Source: an uncultured Chitinophagales bacterium (lineage in GTDB: Bacteria > Bacteroidota > Rhodothermia > Balneolales > HLUCCA01). From it: a DNA stretch of 64,000 nucleotides. This document shows positions 1 through 7,830 of this stretch, piece by piece (positions within the stretch are counted from its first letter, which is position 1; each line of letters begins with the position of its first letter). The stretch spans positions 43,977 through 107,976 of the forward strand of contig CAYYPL010000005.1 in assembly GCA_964473555.1 (NCBI GenBank). Reading direction: 5' to 3'. Below the pieces are notes generated by a model. It was not told the origin of the DNA and ran no database searches. It saw nothing but the letters and a program-made list of their open reading frames with translations. The position numbers were made by a program, and so were the translations under genes.

Positions 1-222
1 ATCCAGTGTAATCAGAGCCAGATGGATGGCTGCGGTTCCCGAACTAAGTACCACAGCACCTTTAGTTCCGCAGTAGTCAGCCAGTTCACGCTCAAAGGCG
101 TCGACGTGCGGACCCAATGGGGCGATCCAGTTCGTGGCGAAGGCATCTGCTACCATTTCCATTTCGCGTCCGCTCATGTGCGGAGACGACATCCAGACGC
201 GTTCTTTTGTTTGGGTTTGCAT
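1..222 (-). CDS. DegT/DnrJ/EryC1/StrS-family PLP-dependent sugar aminotransferase, N-terminal fragment (gene continues past the left edge)
   Basis: Not in the ORF track because it is truncated. The reverse complement of 1..222 starts at ATG 220..222 and reads MQTQTKERVWMSSPHMSGREMEMVADAFATNWIAPLGPHVDAFERELADYCGTKGAVVLSSGTAAIHLALITLD. The pattern SSPxMxGxE...NWIAPxGPxVxxFE...SGTAAIHLAL is the conserved N-terminus of this family. Confidence 0.75.
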   Translation of the reverse strand, partial: MQTQTKERVWMSSPHMSGREMEMVADAFATNWIAPLGPHVDAFERELADYCGTKGAVVLSSGTAAIHLALITLD

Positions 223-240
223 ACGAAGAAAGATATGGTG

Positions 241-521
241 GAGCGGGCAAGCGGGCAAGCGGGTGAGCAGATTTTTGTGTACAAGGGTCAGATAGATCAC
301 AGAACAGAGTACAGAGTGCACAGTGCACAGAATACAGTACACAGAACACAGTGCACAGAACACCGAACAGAGTACACACAAAGAGTTGAACAGTTAGGTC
401 AGAGGGTAGATCAGGGGTCTCGGGTGTGTATAGTGTAATTTGGGTGTGGTAATAGGAAAGCCCTATGCGAGTTCACGGAGATTGATACCGCTAGTTTGCC
501 AGCCCGCTTGCCCGCTTATGG
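241..521. repeat. Modular simple-repeat element: GCGGGCAA arm, CACAG-heptad array, complementary CCCGCTTG arm
   Basis: 241..270 is GAGCGGGCAAGCGGGCAAGCGGGTGAGCAG. 297..380 is an array of about 12 CACAG-type heptads (ACAGAGT, GCACAGT, ACAGAAT and similar). 498..521 is GCCAGCCCGCTTGCCCGCTTATGG, the reverse-complement type of the first arm. The element lies in the divergent region between the aminotransferase start (222) and the capD-like start (849). Track ORFs 22..438(+) and 92..379(-) are read-through artefacts of it. Confidence 0.85.
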
Positions 522-848
522 CAGCTACGCTACCAGCTATTGACTAAAAACCCGTAATCCATTACTTTGGTTTGAAATGAACACGTAAACCGAGATAAAA
601 AATAATGGGCTCAATCTATTTCCATTGCAAACAAAACGGACCGATATAGTATGTCATCAAGAGAAATGGATTGCGATTTTATGCTCAGGCTTTTAATTAC
701 CACAACTAGAAAACCATTTTATTTGGATGTATCCACAGAACCAACACTAAGAAATTTTAATCTTTTTTGGACAGGTTATTCGGCGTATATTTCAAAGATG
801 TTAACGATGGATATTCAATGGCATCCAACTTACAGATAAAGCAATTAC

Positions 849-2714
849 ATGGGAATAAGACTGTTACAAAAAATTGCGATTGATAGCGTTATTTGGATCG
901 CCGCAACCTTTCTGGCTTTTATCCTCCGTCTGGATGGACTCTTCTTCGACCAGTTCGATCAAATAGCTCTTACGGCCGCTATTGTCGCGCCATTTAAAGT
1001 TGGTTTTATTTTGCTTTTCGCCCATCAAAAAGTCTCCTGGCGACACACGAGTGTGATGGATCTATTTACTCCTCTGAAGTCGGTTGGCGTATTTACGATT
1101 TTCTATCTTTCCGCGGCAATCACTTTTTCGAATCCCTCTGTCCTGCCTTATGGCATCCCCATCATTGACGGACTCATAGCCCTGGTACTCTTCGCAACTG
1201 TCCGCCTCATTGCCCGTCTGCTTCTCAAAGAACGTAAAATCATACCCTACTACAGCTCCCCGTCCAATGAGAATATGAAGCGTGTGCTCATCGCTGGAGC
1301 AGGTGAATCGGGAACCATGATCGCCAACGAAATGCTTCGTCACCCTGAAATCGGACTGGTGCCAGTTGGATTCATGGATGATGCTCCTAATAAGCAAAAA
1401 CAGAAAATATTAGGGATTCCAGTACTTGGACGGGTCAATCAACTGCGTATGGTCCTGAACAAAGTTGACGTGGAGGAACTGATCATCGCGATGCCATCGG
1501 AGGACGGCGATGTTATCCGTCGGGTAGTAAATGAGGCACAAAAGGTCAAGCTTCCCAGCCGAACCATACCCGGGTTGTATGATCTGATTTCGGGCAAGGT
1601 TTCCATCAACCAGCTGCGAAATGTGGAAGTTGAGGATTTACTTCGCCGTAAACCGGTAATCCTCGACATGCATAAAATCCGTAGTTATATTGAAGGTCGT
1701 ACGGTCTTGGTTACTGGTGCCGGCGGATCAATCGGATCTGAAATCATTCGTCAGTTATGCCGATTCAAACCGGGACGTGTGATCATGGTTGGACGTGGAG
1801 AGAATTCCATCCACAGTATTTTTCGTGAATTTCAGCACAACTATAGCCACATTCCCTACGAAGTGCGTATTACAGACGTACGCGACATTGTATCCCTGGA
1901 AAAAGTATTTCGTGAGACCCGACCGGAGGTCATTTTCCATGCTGCTGCCCATAAACATGTGAGTCTGATGGAGATGAATCCGGCTCAGGCGGTGCTCAAC
2001 AACGTTGGCGGTACCCGGAATATGGTGAATCTGGCGCTGGAATACGGAGTGAAATGTTTCGTGAACATCTCCTCCGATAAATCCGTGAATCCAAGTTCGG
2101 TGATGGGTGCCAGTAAACGAATCGCAGAATACGTGGTAGATGGTGCTTCTCAACAAGCCAATTCGGACCAGCATTTTGTGTCTGTACGGTTTGGAAATGT
2201 GCTTGGAAGCCGTGGAAGCGTGGTTCCTATTTTTAAAGAGCAGATCCGCAATGGAGGCCCTATAACGATTACCCATCCCGAGATGGTTCGTTATTTTATG
2301 ACCATTCCGGAAGCTTCCCAGCTGGTATTGCAAGCCGGAGCACTGAACATCAATGGCGCTGTTTTTGTGCTGGATATGGGAGAACCGGTCAAAATTCTGG
2401 ATATGGCTCGTGATTTGATCCGATTGTCGGGTTTCGAGCCGGACAAAGACATCAAAATCGTGTATACCGGAGTCCAAAAAGGCGAGAAACTCTTTGAAGA
2501 GCTGCTTACGGCCGAAGAGGGTACCGACATGACTCAGCACGACAAGATTCTGATAGCACGTAAAAACGGAATGCCATCCAACTTCGTTAACCTGTTGGAT
2601 GAACTATTCGATTCAGCAAATGAGGGCGATGGGGAGAAGATAAGAGAGCAAATTCAGGCAATAATTCCTACCTATGCCGGATTCAAGAGCACGGAAAAGT
2701 ACAGCGAACTGTAA
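849..2714 (+). CDS. Polysaccharide biosynthesis protein, CapD/PglF/WbpM type (membrane-anchored nucleotide-sugar 4,6-dehydratase/epimerase)
   Basis: 621 aa with an N-terminal block of about 4 hydrophobic helices. Two Rossmann glycine motifs are present (VLIAGAGESGTMI and VLVTGAGGSIGSEI). The conserved FVNISSDKSVNPSSVMGASKR and RFGNVLGSRGSV segments are typical of Polysacc_synt_2 proteins. Confidence 0.9.
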   Translation: MGIRLLQKIAIDSVIWIAATFLAFILRLDGLFFDQFDQIALTAAIVAPFKVGFILLFAHQKVSWRHTSVMDLFTPLKSVGVFTIFYLSAAITFSNPSVLPYGIPIIDGLIALVLFATVRLIARLLLKERKIIPYYSSPSNENMKRVLIAGAGESGTMIANEMLRHPEIGLVPVGFMDDAPNKQKQKILGIPVLGRVNQLRMVLNKVDVEELIIAMPSEDGDVIRRVVNEAQKVKLPSRTIPGLYDLISGKVSINQLRNVEVEDLLRRKPVILDMHKIRSYIEGRTVLVTGAGGSIGSEIIRQLCRFKPGRVIMVGRGENSIHSIFREFQHNYSHIPYEVRITDVRDIVSLEKVFRETRPEVIFHAAAHKHVSLMEMNPAQAVLNNVGGTRNMVNLALEYGVKCFVNISSDKSVNPSSVMGASKRIAEYVVDGASQQANSDQHFVSVRFGNVLGSRGSVVPIFKEQIRNGGPITITHPEMVRYFMTIPEASQLVLQAGALNINGAVFVLDMGEPVKILDMARDLIRLSGFEPDKDIKIVYTGVQKGEKLFEELLTAEEGTDMTQHDKILIARKNGMPSNFVNLLDELFDSANEGDGEKIREQIQAIIPTYAGFKSTEKYSEL

Positions 2715-2738
2715 CATTCAACGAAAACTATTTGACGT

Positions 2739-4055
2739 ATGGTAAATGACTTGATCGCACGTATAGCGGAGCGTAAATACACTGTTGGTATTGTTGGGTT
2801 AGGTTATGTAGGTCTTCCTTTAATGTGGACCTTTCACAAACACAAGATGCCGGTCATCGGATTCGACATCGATCCATATAAGGTGGAATGTGTGAATACG
2901 GGCAAATCGTACATCAAACATCTCGGCGATGAAATGATGAAGACCCTGTCCAAGAGCGATATTTGCCAGGCAACGACCGATTTTTCACGTCTTACCGAAG
3001 CAGACGCAATTCTGTTGTGTGTTCCGACTCCTTTGGATCTGCACCGGGAGCCGGATATGAGTTATGTGGTTAACACCACCGAAACGGTCTCCCGATACGT
3101 TCGGAAGGGACACCTGGTGATTTTGGAGAGTACCACTTATCCTGGTACCACAGAAGAAGTCATGATTCCGATACTGGAAAAAAACTCAGGACTTAAAGCA
3201 GGCGTAGATTTCTTTGTAGCGTATAGCCCGGAGCGTGAAGATCCGGGTAATGTGAATTTCAACACCGAGAAGATCGCCAAAGTAGTGGGCGGACACGGGG
3301 AAGAGGCGCTTCGTCTGGCAAAGGCGATGTATGATGTAGCTATTGTAAAAACCGTGCCAGTTAGCGATTGCAAGACGGCAGAAGCGGTAAAACTGACTGA
3401 AAACATATTTAGATCGGTCAATATTGCTCTGGTGAATGAGTTGAAAGTGGTTTATGCAGCTATGGGCATCGATGTGCATGAAGTGCTGGATGCAGCGGCG
3501 ACCAAACCCTTTGGATTCATGAAATTCACTCCAGGTCCAGGACTTGGCGGGCATTGTATCCCCATTGATCCATTTTATCTGACCTGGAAGGCACGGGAAT
3601 TTGGGGTACACACCCGATTTATTGAACTCGCTGGTGAAGTGAACACGGCAATGCCTCAATATGTGGTCAACCAGACCGTGGCGGGACTCAATAAAGTCAA
3701 AAAGGCCGTAAATGGTAGTAGGATTTTGTTGGTAGGATTAGCCTACAAGCCAGACGTCGACGATATGCGTGAGAGTCCGACGTTCATATTGATGGAAATG
3801 TTTGAGCATATGGGAGCGGAAATCGAATTTTATGATCCGCATATCCCTGTCATCCAACCTACACGCGAGCACGCAAACTACAACGGACGTCAGTCTGTGA
3901 TCTGGAATCAGCAGGTCGTTGAAGGATTTGATGCGGTGGTCATTGTAACCGACCATAAATCGGTTAATTACGAGGAGTTGTATCAGTGGGCCGAACTGAT
4001 CGTAGACTCACGTAATGTGTACAAAGGTATCAATGGGAAAGTTGTAAAAGCGTAG
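2739..4055 (+). CDS. Nucleotide-sugar dehydrogenase (UDP-glucose/GDP-mannose dehydrogenase family; UDP-N-acetyl-hexosamine dehydrogenase type)
   Basis: 438 aa. It has the N-terminal NAD fold VGIVGLGYVGLPL and the catalytic-Cys segment PGPGLGGHCIPIDPFYL. The C-terminal LGLAYKPDVDDMRESP motif is characteristic of the family. Confidence 0.9.
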   Translation: MVNDLIARIAERKYTVGIVGLGYVGLPLMWTFHKHKMPVIGFDIDPYKVECVNTGKSYIKHLGDEMMKTLSKSDICQATTDFSRLTEADAILLCVPTPLDLHREPDMSYVVNTTETVSRYVRKGHLVILESTTYPGTTEEVMIPILEKNSGLKAGVDFFVAYSPEREDPGNVNFNTEKIAKVVGGHGEEALRLAKAMYDVAIVKTVPVSDCKTAEAVKLTENIFRSVNIALVNELKVVYAAMGIDVHEVLDAAATKPFGFMKFTPGPGLGGHCIPIDPFYLTWKAREFGVHTRFIELAGEVNTAMPQYVVNQTVAGLNKVKKAVNGSRILLVGLAYKPDVDDMRESPTFILMEMFEHMGAEIEFYDPHIPVIQPTREHANYNGRQSVIWNQQVVEGFDAVVIVTDHKSVNYEELYQWAELIVDSRNVYKGINGKVVKA

Positions 4056-4149
4056 GTCGTGGACGTTGGGTAGTGGACGTTTGGTGGTTCACAACCCAAT
4101 TTTTTGTATATTTGAGCCTGAAACAACCACTGTAAAAACAGGCCATTTT

Positions 4150-5694
4150 GTGCGTTCAATCGCGTTTTTTTTCGTAATCTGTTTCTGGGTCACTGCGTTG
4201 CAGGCACAGATCGCCGAGTCTGTGATCTTGAATGATGCTCGTGGTGCCAAATCTGATCTCGTAATGCGTGGAGCGTCGTTCCGCGCAGGTGCACCTGGCT
4301 TGTCTGTATTACCCATTCACAGTGGATATTATTACAATTCCCGATTTGCCTGGGGACCAAATATGGGTAATCTCTGGCTCGGACGTGGATTCACCCAGGG
4401 ATTGTCGGCTGGAATCCGGTATACAAACCGATTTTTGGATATTCAGTTCAACCCGGTTCTGCTAGCCTCCGAAAACCGTTATTTTACGCAACCCACCGAT
4501 GGAGATCGGTATCAAGGCCGTGATCTGGAGTATTATGAGTATGTGCAGGGCAATATCGATGCTCCGCTCAGGATTGATGACACCTCGTTTTCAAGAGTGT
4601 TACCGGGCGATTCCTGGGTAAAAATCCACCTTTGGAAGCTAGCTGGTGGTATAAGTAACGAAAATCTGTGGTGGGGTCCGGGGAAACGAAATTCTCTGCT
4701 GATGAGTAATCATGCTCCCGGTTTCTGGCATTTATCCGGACACACCACATCGCCTCTTGATTTGTATGCATTTGACATCGAGGGACAGGTAGCCGTTGGG
4801 CTGCTGGAACCGTCTTATGCCCTGGACGACTACCGTGCTGACTATCGGGTCATTTTCAATGGGCTTGTTCTAAGTTTGAGTCCGAGATTCGACAAAAACC
4901 TCAAGCTTGGAGTCATCCGGACATTTATTCTGAATCAAAATGATATTTTGAATCATGCGGGGTACTTCCCGCTATTTCAGCCTTTTTTGAAAAATAATCT
5001 GACATTACGTGACGACAACACGACCAATGATCCCGACGACCAGCGGGCTTCGGCATTTGTATCCTGGGCGTTTCCACGAGCAAATTTCCATGTCTATGGC
5101 GAGTACGCGAGAGATGACCATAGTGCTGATCTGAAGGATTTGTACTTGCAGCCGAATCACAACCGGGCTATTTTGTTCGGCCTCCAGAAACGATGGAATA
5201 CAACTCAGGGCCTCTGGTCATTTACCTCCGAGTTTGTTCAACTCGAAACCACCAATACTAAGGTTATTCGCTGGTTTGAAACATTTTACACACACACCAG
5301 GGTCGAACGAGGTTATACCAACCGCGGTCAACATCTGGGAAGTCATTATGGTCACGGGTCTAATGGATGGTATTCCAGCGTGTATCGCATGAACGATAAA
5401 TGGACAACAGGTTTCGTGTTTGAACGCGTAGCCAGAAACAAAGATCTGTATCAGTGGATCAAAGAGAACCGTAAGCCTGCGCAACCCGAGATCGAAACTA
5501 CGTTTGGTCTGGTGGGTTGGTATCGGACAAAAAACATGGATTTCGGCCTTGAGGTCTACCAAAACTTTGTTCAAGATCGATTTATGGTAGGTATCCGTCC
5601 GGCAGAGGGGGAGCAGCGGGTGTCTTATGATCCCGTGAATTTCAACATACAGTTTACGGTGACCTATCGGCCGGGATTGCGGTGGGGTAAATGA
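4150..5694 (+). CDS. Outer-membrane beta-barrel protein, capsule-assembly Wzi-like (tentative family call)
   Basis: The track ORF is 4066..5694. The likely start is GTG 4150, which gives the signal peptide (M)RSIAFFFVICFWVTALQAQ. It is an aromatic/Gly-rich beta-strand protein with the motif LWWGPGKRNSLLMSNHAPGF, which I recall from Wzi-family proteins. It is a paralogue of the next gene. Confidence 0.55.
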   Translation: MRSIAFFFVICFWVTALQAQIAESVILNDARGAKSDLVMRGASFRAGAPGLSVLPIHSGYYYNSRFAWGPNMGNLWLGRGFTQGLSAGIRYTNRFLDIQFNPVLLASENRYFTQPTDGDRYQGRDLEYYEYVQGNIDAPLRIDDTSFSRVLPGDSWVKIHLWKLAGGISNENLWWGPGKRNSLLMSNHAPGFWHLSGHTTSPLDLYAFDIEGQVAVGLLEPSYALDDYRADYRVIFNGLVLSLSPRFDKNLKLGVIRTFILNQNDILNHAGYFPLFQPFLKNNLTLRDDNTTNDPDDQRASAFVSWAFPRANFHVYGEYARDDHSADLKDLYLQPNHNRAILFGLQKRWNTTQGLWSFTSEFVQLETTNTKVIRWFETFYTHTRVERGYTNRGQHLGSHYGHGSNGWYSSVYRMNDKWTTGFVFERVARNKDLYQWIKENRKPAQPEIETTFGLVGWYRTKNMDFGLEVYQNFVQDRFMVGIRPAEGEQRVSYDPVNFNIQFTVTYRPGLRWGK

Positions 5695-7394
5695 TCGGTG
5701 CCGTGTTGATTTACCTGGCACTGGTACTTGGGTATCAGGTACAAGCAGGGGATTCCGTTAGAGCTTCTTCGGTGGCTATGGAGAGTGTTACGGATAGTGT
5801 ACAGATTCAGCAGGTTGCCATGCCAACGGACTGGCGCGGGGAAGTACGTGCGTTTCGGGACTCTCAGACGCTTGGATTGCTGCCATTAGAGCCTTCGCTG
5901 TTGTTTTGGACGGGCACATGGGCGGTTTCGGCCAGGCAAGTGACCCCGGATGATGCAAAAAAACTGCGCATTGAGTTACAGGATGTACGTGCTACTTTCG
6001 TAGCAAACACAGAATATGGATATGCACGAAACTATGGAGCTGTGTTTCCATCCAATGGCAGAACAGGGTTGTATACTTTTCATGCCAGTGCGCGATATGG
6101 GGGTCTGTCCATCAATCTGGCTCCTGAAATGGTTGTATCTGAGAACAAACCCTTTCAATTGTATCCCTCAAAATATCCCGATTGGTTGTGGGATTTATTA
6201 TACACCAATTATCTGAACCAGATTGATCAGCCTGAACGCTACCGCGAGTACTCGTATATGCAGTTATTGTCTGGTAATTCATCAATTGGCTATGCTACGC
6301 GAGGGATGGAAGTGGCGTTAACCACCCGGTCGATGTGGTGGGGGCCAGGGCGAAGGAATAGCCTGTTGATGAGTACCAATGCACCTGGATTTGCACATAT
6401 AAGCATCAATACCGTCCGTCCGGTCAAGCTTCCCTGGGGCGGAATTGAATTTCAGTGGTTTCTCGGCAGATTGGTAGATTCGGGCAGAGAGCCTTTACCA
6501 CCACGACTGTTCGAAAATTTTCAGCCAATGCCTTATGTCCCGAAACCAGATGACTGGCGACTCTTACAAGGATTACTGGCAATTTGGCATCCGAAATGGA
6601 GTCCGGGTCTGTATATTGGGGTGGGTCGAACGGTAATGGGATACTCTGAATCGATTACACGTGTGGATCATGCGTTTTCTGTATTCAGATCATTAACCAC
6701 AGAGCTTCTGGATACCGATGAGATCCAGAATCCGGATTTACGGGAGCGTTTTGATGATAAGATTGCCGCCTATGTGCGTTATGTGATGCCTGAAGATCGG
6801 TTGGAGTTCTATGCGGAGGTGGCTAGAAATATGCGACCAGGCTCATTGCGCGACTTTCTTGCTCGTCCCGAGCATACCCTGGCTTACACGATTGGCATCA
6901 GTAAATGGTATGAGTTAGGACAAAGTGATCGGTTCTTAGGTATAGAAGCTGAGTTTACGCAGATGGAGAAGCAGAATACCTGGCAAGAACGCTATTACCA
7001 GACGTGGTACACGAGTCTGATTGTGCCGCACGGTTATACGAATCGTGGACAGATCATGGGCGCTTCAATTGGTCCCGGAAGTAATAGCCAGTATCTTGGT
7101 TTTAACTATCGTTGGAGGCAAAATAGAGTCGGTACTTTTGTTGAACGGGTGATATACAATAATGATCTGTACTACATTTTGTTCACAACGAGCATCTACA
7201 GGTTGTGGTCGGATGTAAATTTTGGGTTGTCTGGAGAATATCGTTATGGCAAGTTCGATGTGTTCTATGATGCTACCGTGATGAGGACGTTTAATTACAA
7301 ATATATTGAAACGACCACTCGTCCGGGATTTAAGTATGAGGGTAAAGACGTGTGGAATTTGAATCTCGGGCTAGGTGTCAGATACACCTTTTAG
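5691..7394 (+). CDS. Outer-membrane beta-barrel protein, Wzi-like paralogue
   Basis: 567 aa. The start overlaps the upstream stop (ATGA at 5691..5694). It shares the motifs MWWGPGRRNSLLMSTNAPGF and GYTNRGQIMGASIGPGSNS with the upstream gene. It ends ...GLGVRYTF, and a terminal aromatic residue is typical of OM barrels. Confidence 0.55.
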   Translation: MIGAVLIYLALVLGYQVQAGDSVRASSVAMESVTDSVQIQQVAMPTDWRGEVRAFRDSQTLGLLPLEPSLLFWTGTWAVSARQVTPDDAKKLRIELQDVRATFVANTEYGYARNYGAVFPSNGRTGLYTFHASARYGGLSINLAPEMVVSENKPFQLYPSKYPDWLWDLLYTNYLNQIDQPERYREYSYMQLLSGNSSIGYATRGMEVALTTRSMWWGPGRRNSLLMSTNAPGFAHISINTVRPVKLPWGGIEFQWFLGRLVDSGREPLPPRLFENFQPMPYVPKPDDWRLLQGLLAIWHPKWSPGLYIGVGRTVMGYSESITRVDHAFSVFRSLTTELLDTDEIQNPDLRERFDDKIAAYVRYVMPEDRLEFYAEVARNMRPGSLRDFLARPEHTLAYTIGISKWYELGQSDRFLGIEAEFTQMEKQNTWQERYYQTWYTSLIVPHGYTNRGQIMGASIGPGSNSQYLGFNYRWRQNRVGTFVERVIYNNDLYYILFTTSIYRLWSDVNFGLSGEYRYGKFDVFYDATVMRTFNYKYIETTTRPGFKYEGKDVWNLNLGLGVRYTF

Positions 7395-7475
7395 TCGCTT
7401 GGGTTTCGGGATGTATTGTGTTCGTTGAGTATTCCTTCGCAAAAACAGACGTCCAGCTTTAAATGCCACCACGTT

Positions 7476-7634
7476 CCCTCATCCCTCATCCCTCATCCCT
7501 CATCCCTCATCGCTCATCCCTCATCGCTCATCGCTCATCGCTCATCCCTCATCGCTCCTCCCTCGTCAAAAATCTTAGCCCTGTGTACTGCAAACTGCAT
7601 CCTGCGAACTTGTGCTCTGCATACTGTGCTCTGT
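7476..7634. repeat. Modular simple-repeat element (C-rich orientation): 13 CCCTCAT/CGCTCAT heptads plus a CTGTG/CTGCG array
   Basis: 7476..7566 is 13 consecutive 7-nt units (CCCTCAT x4, then CGCTCAT/CCCTCAT mixed, ending CGCTCCT CCCTCGT). 7579..7634 is GCCCTGTGTACTGCAAACTGCATCCTGCGAACTTGTGCTCTGCATACTGTGCTCTG. The reverse complement gives the same module order (CACAG array, then GACGAGGGA + GGGATGA heptads) seen in the intragenic blocks at 15-16.7 kb. Track ORF 7416..7661 is an artefact of this element. Confidence 0.85.
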
Positions 7635-7830
7635 AATCATTGTACTGATTACTCCGAATGAAATGAGGATTCGTTGTGAAATCTGAGCACTTTCTGCAAG
7701 GATTATCATTTTCATCACTCATATATATGATCGAGGGTTTGTCGGGTGATGAAGTGTGCCACTGAGCGAACTTGTCCCCCTCCCACCTCCCTTGATCTTC
7801 ACATTCATTTAACGATCAAGAGGTTTAACC

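Noticed and set aside
297-380. CACAGTG units as V(D)J-type recombination signal heptamers or transposon ends
   Set aside because: CACAGTG occurs only as one phase of a degenerate tandem heptad. There is no nonamer partner, no spacer structure and no transposase nearby. I regard the resemblance as coincidental.
22-438. Track ORFs 22..438(+) and 92..379(-) as protein genes
   Set aside because: Both are translations of the GCGGGCAA/CACAG repeat element (RASGQAGEQ, HRTEYRVHSAQNTVHRTQC...). The real coding sequence at the left edge is the minus-strand DegT-like fragment 1..222, which is in another frame.
651-839. ORF 651..839 as a small gene upstream of the capD-like gene
   Set aside because: It lies in an AT-rich promoter-like region, its composition is unlike that of neighbouring genes, and it has no motif. 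It is most likely non-coding leader or promoter sequence.
1755-2540. Long antisense ORFs inside well-supported genes (1755..2540, 5218..5721, 11250..11879, 43137..43640, 52814..53398, 57034..57531 and similar)
   Set aside because: They lie fully within, and opposite to, genes with strong family signatures. Their composition is low-complexity or biased (R/H/S-rich), with no recognisable motifs. These are typical shadow ORFs.
7416-7661. ORF 7416..7661 (HPSSLIAHPSSLIAHRSSLIAPPSS...) as a repeat protein
   Set aside because: It is a read-through of the CCCTCAT/CGCTCAT heptad array in an intergenic region. The 7-nt period rotates the frame, and there is no plausible start context or flanking non-repeat coding sequence.
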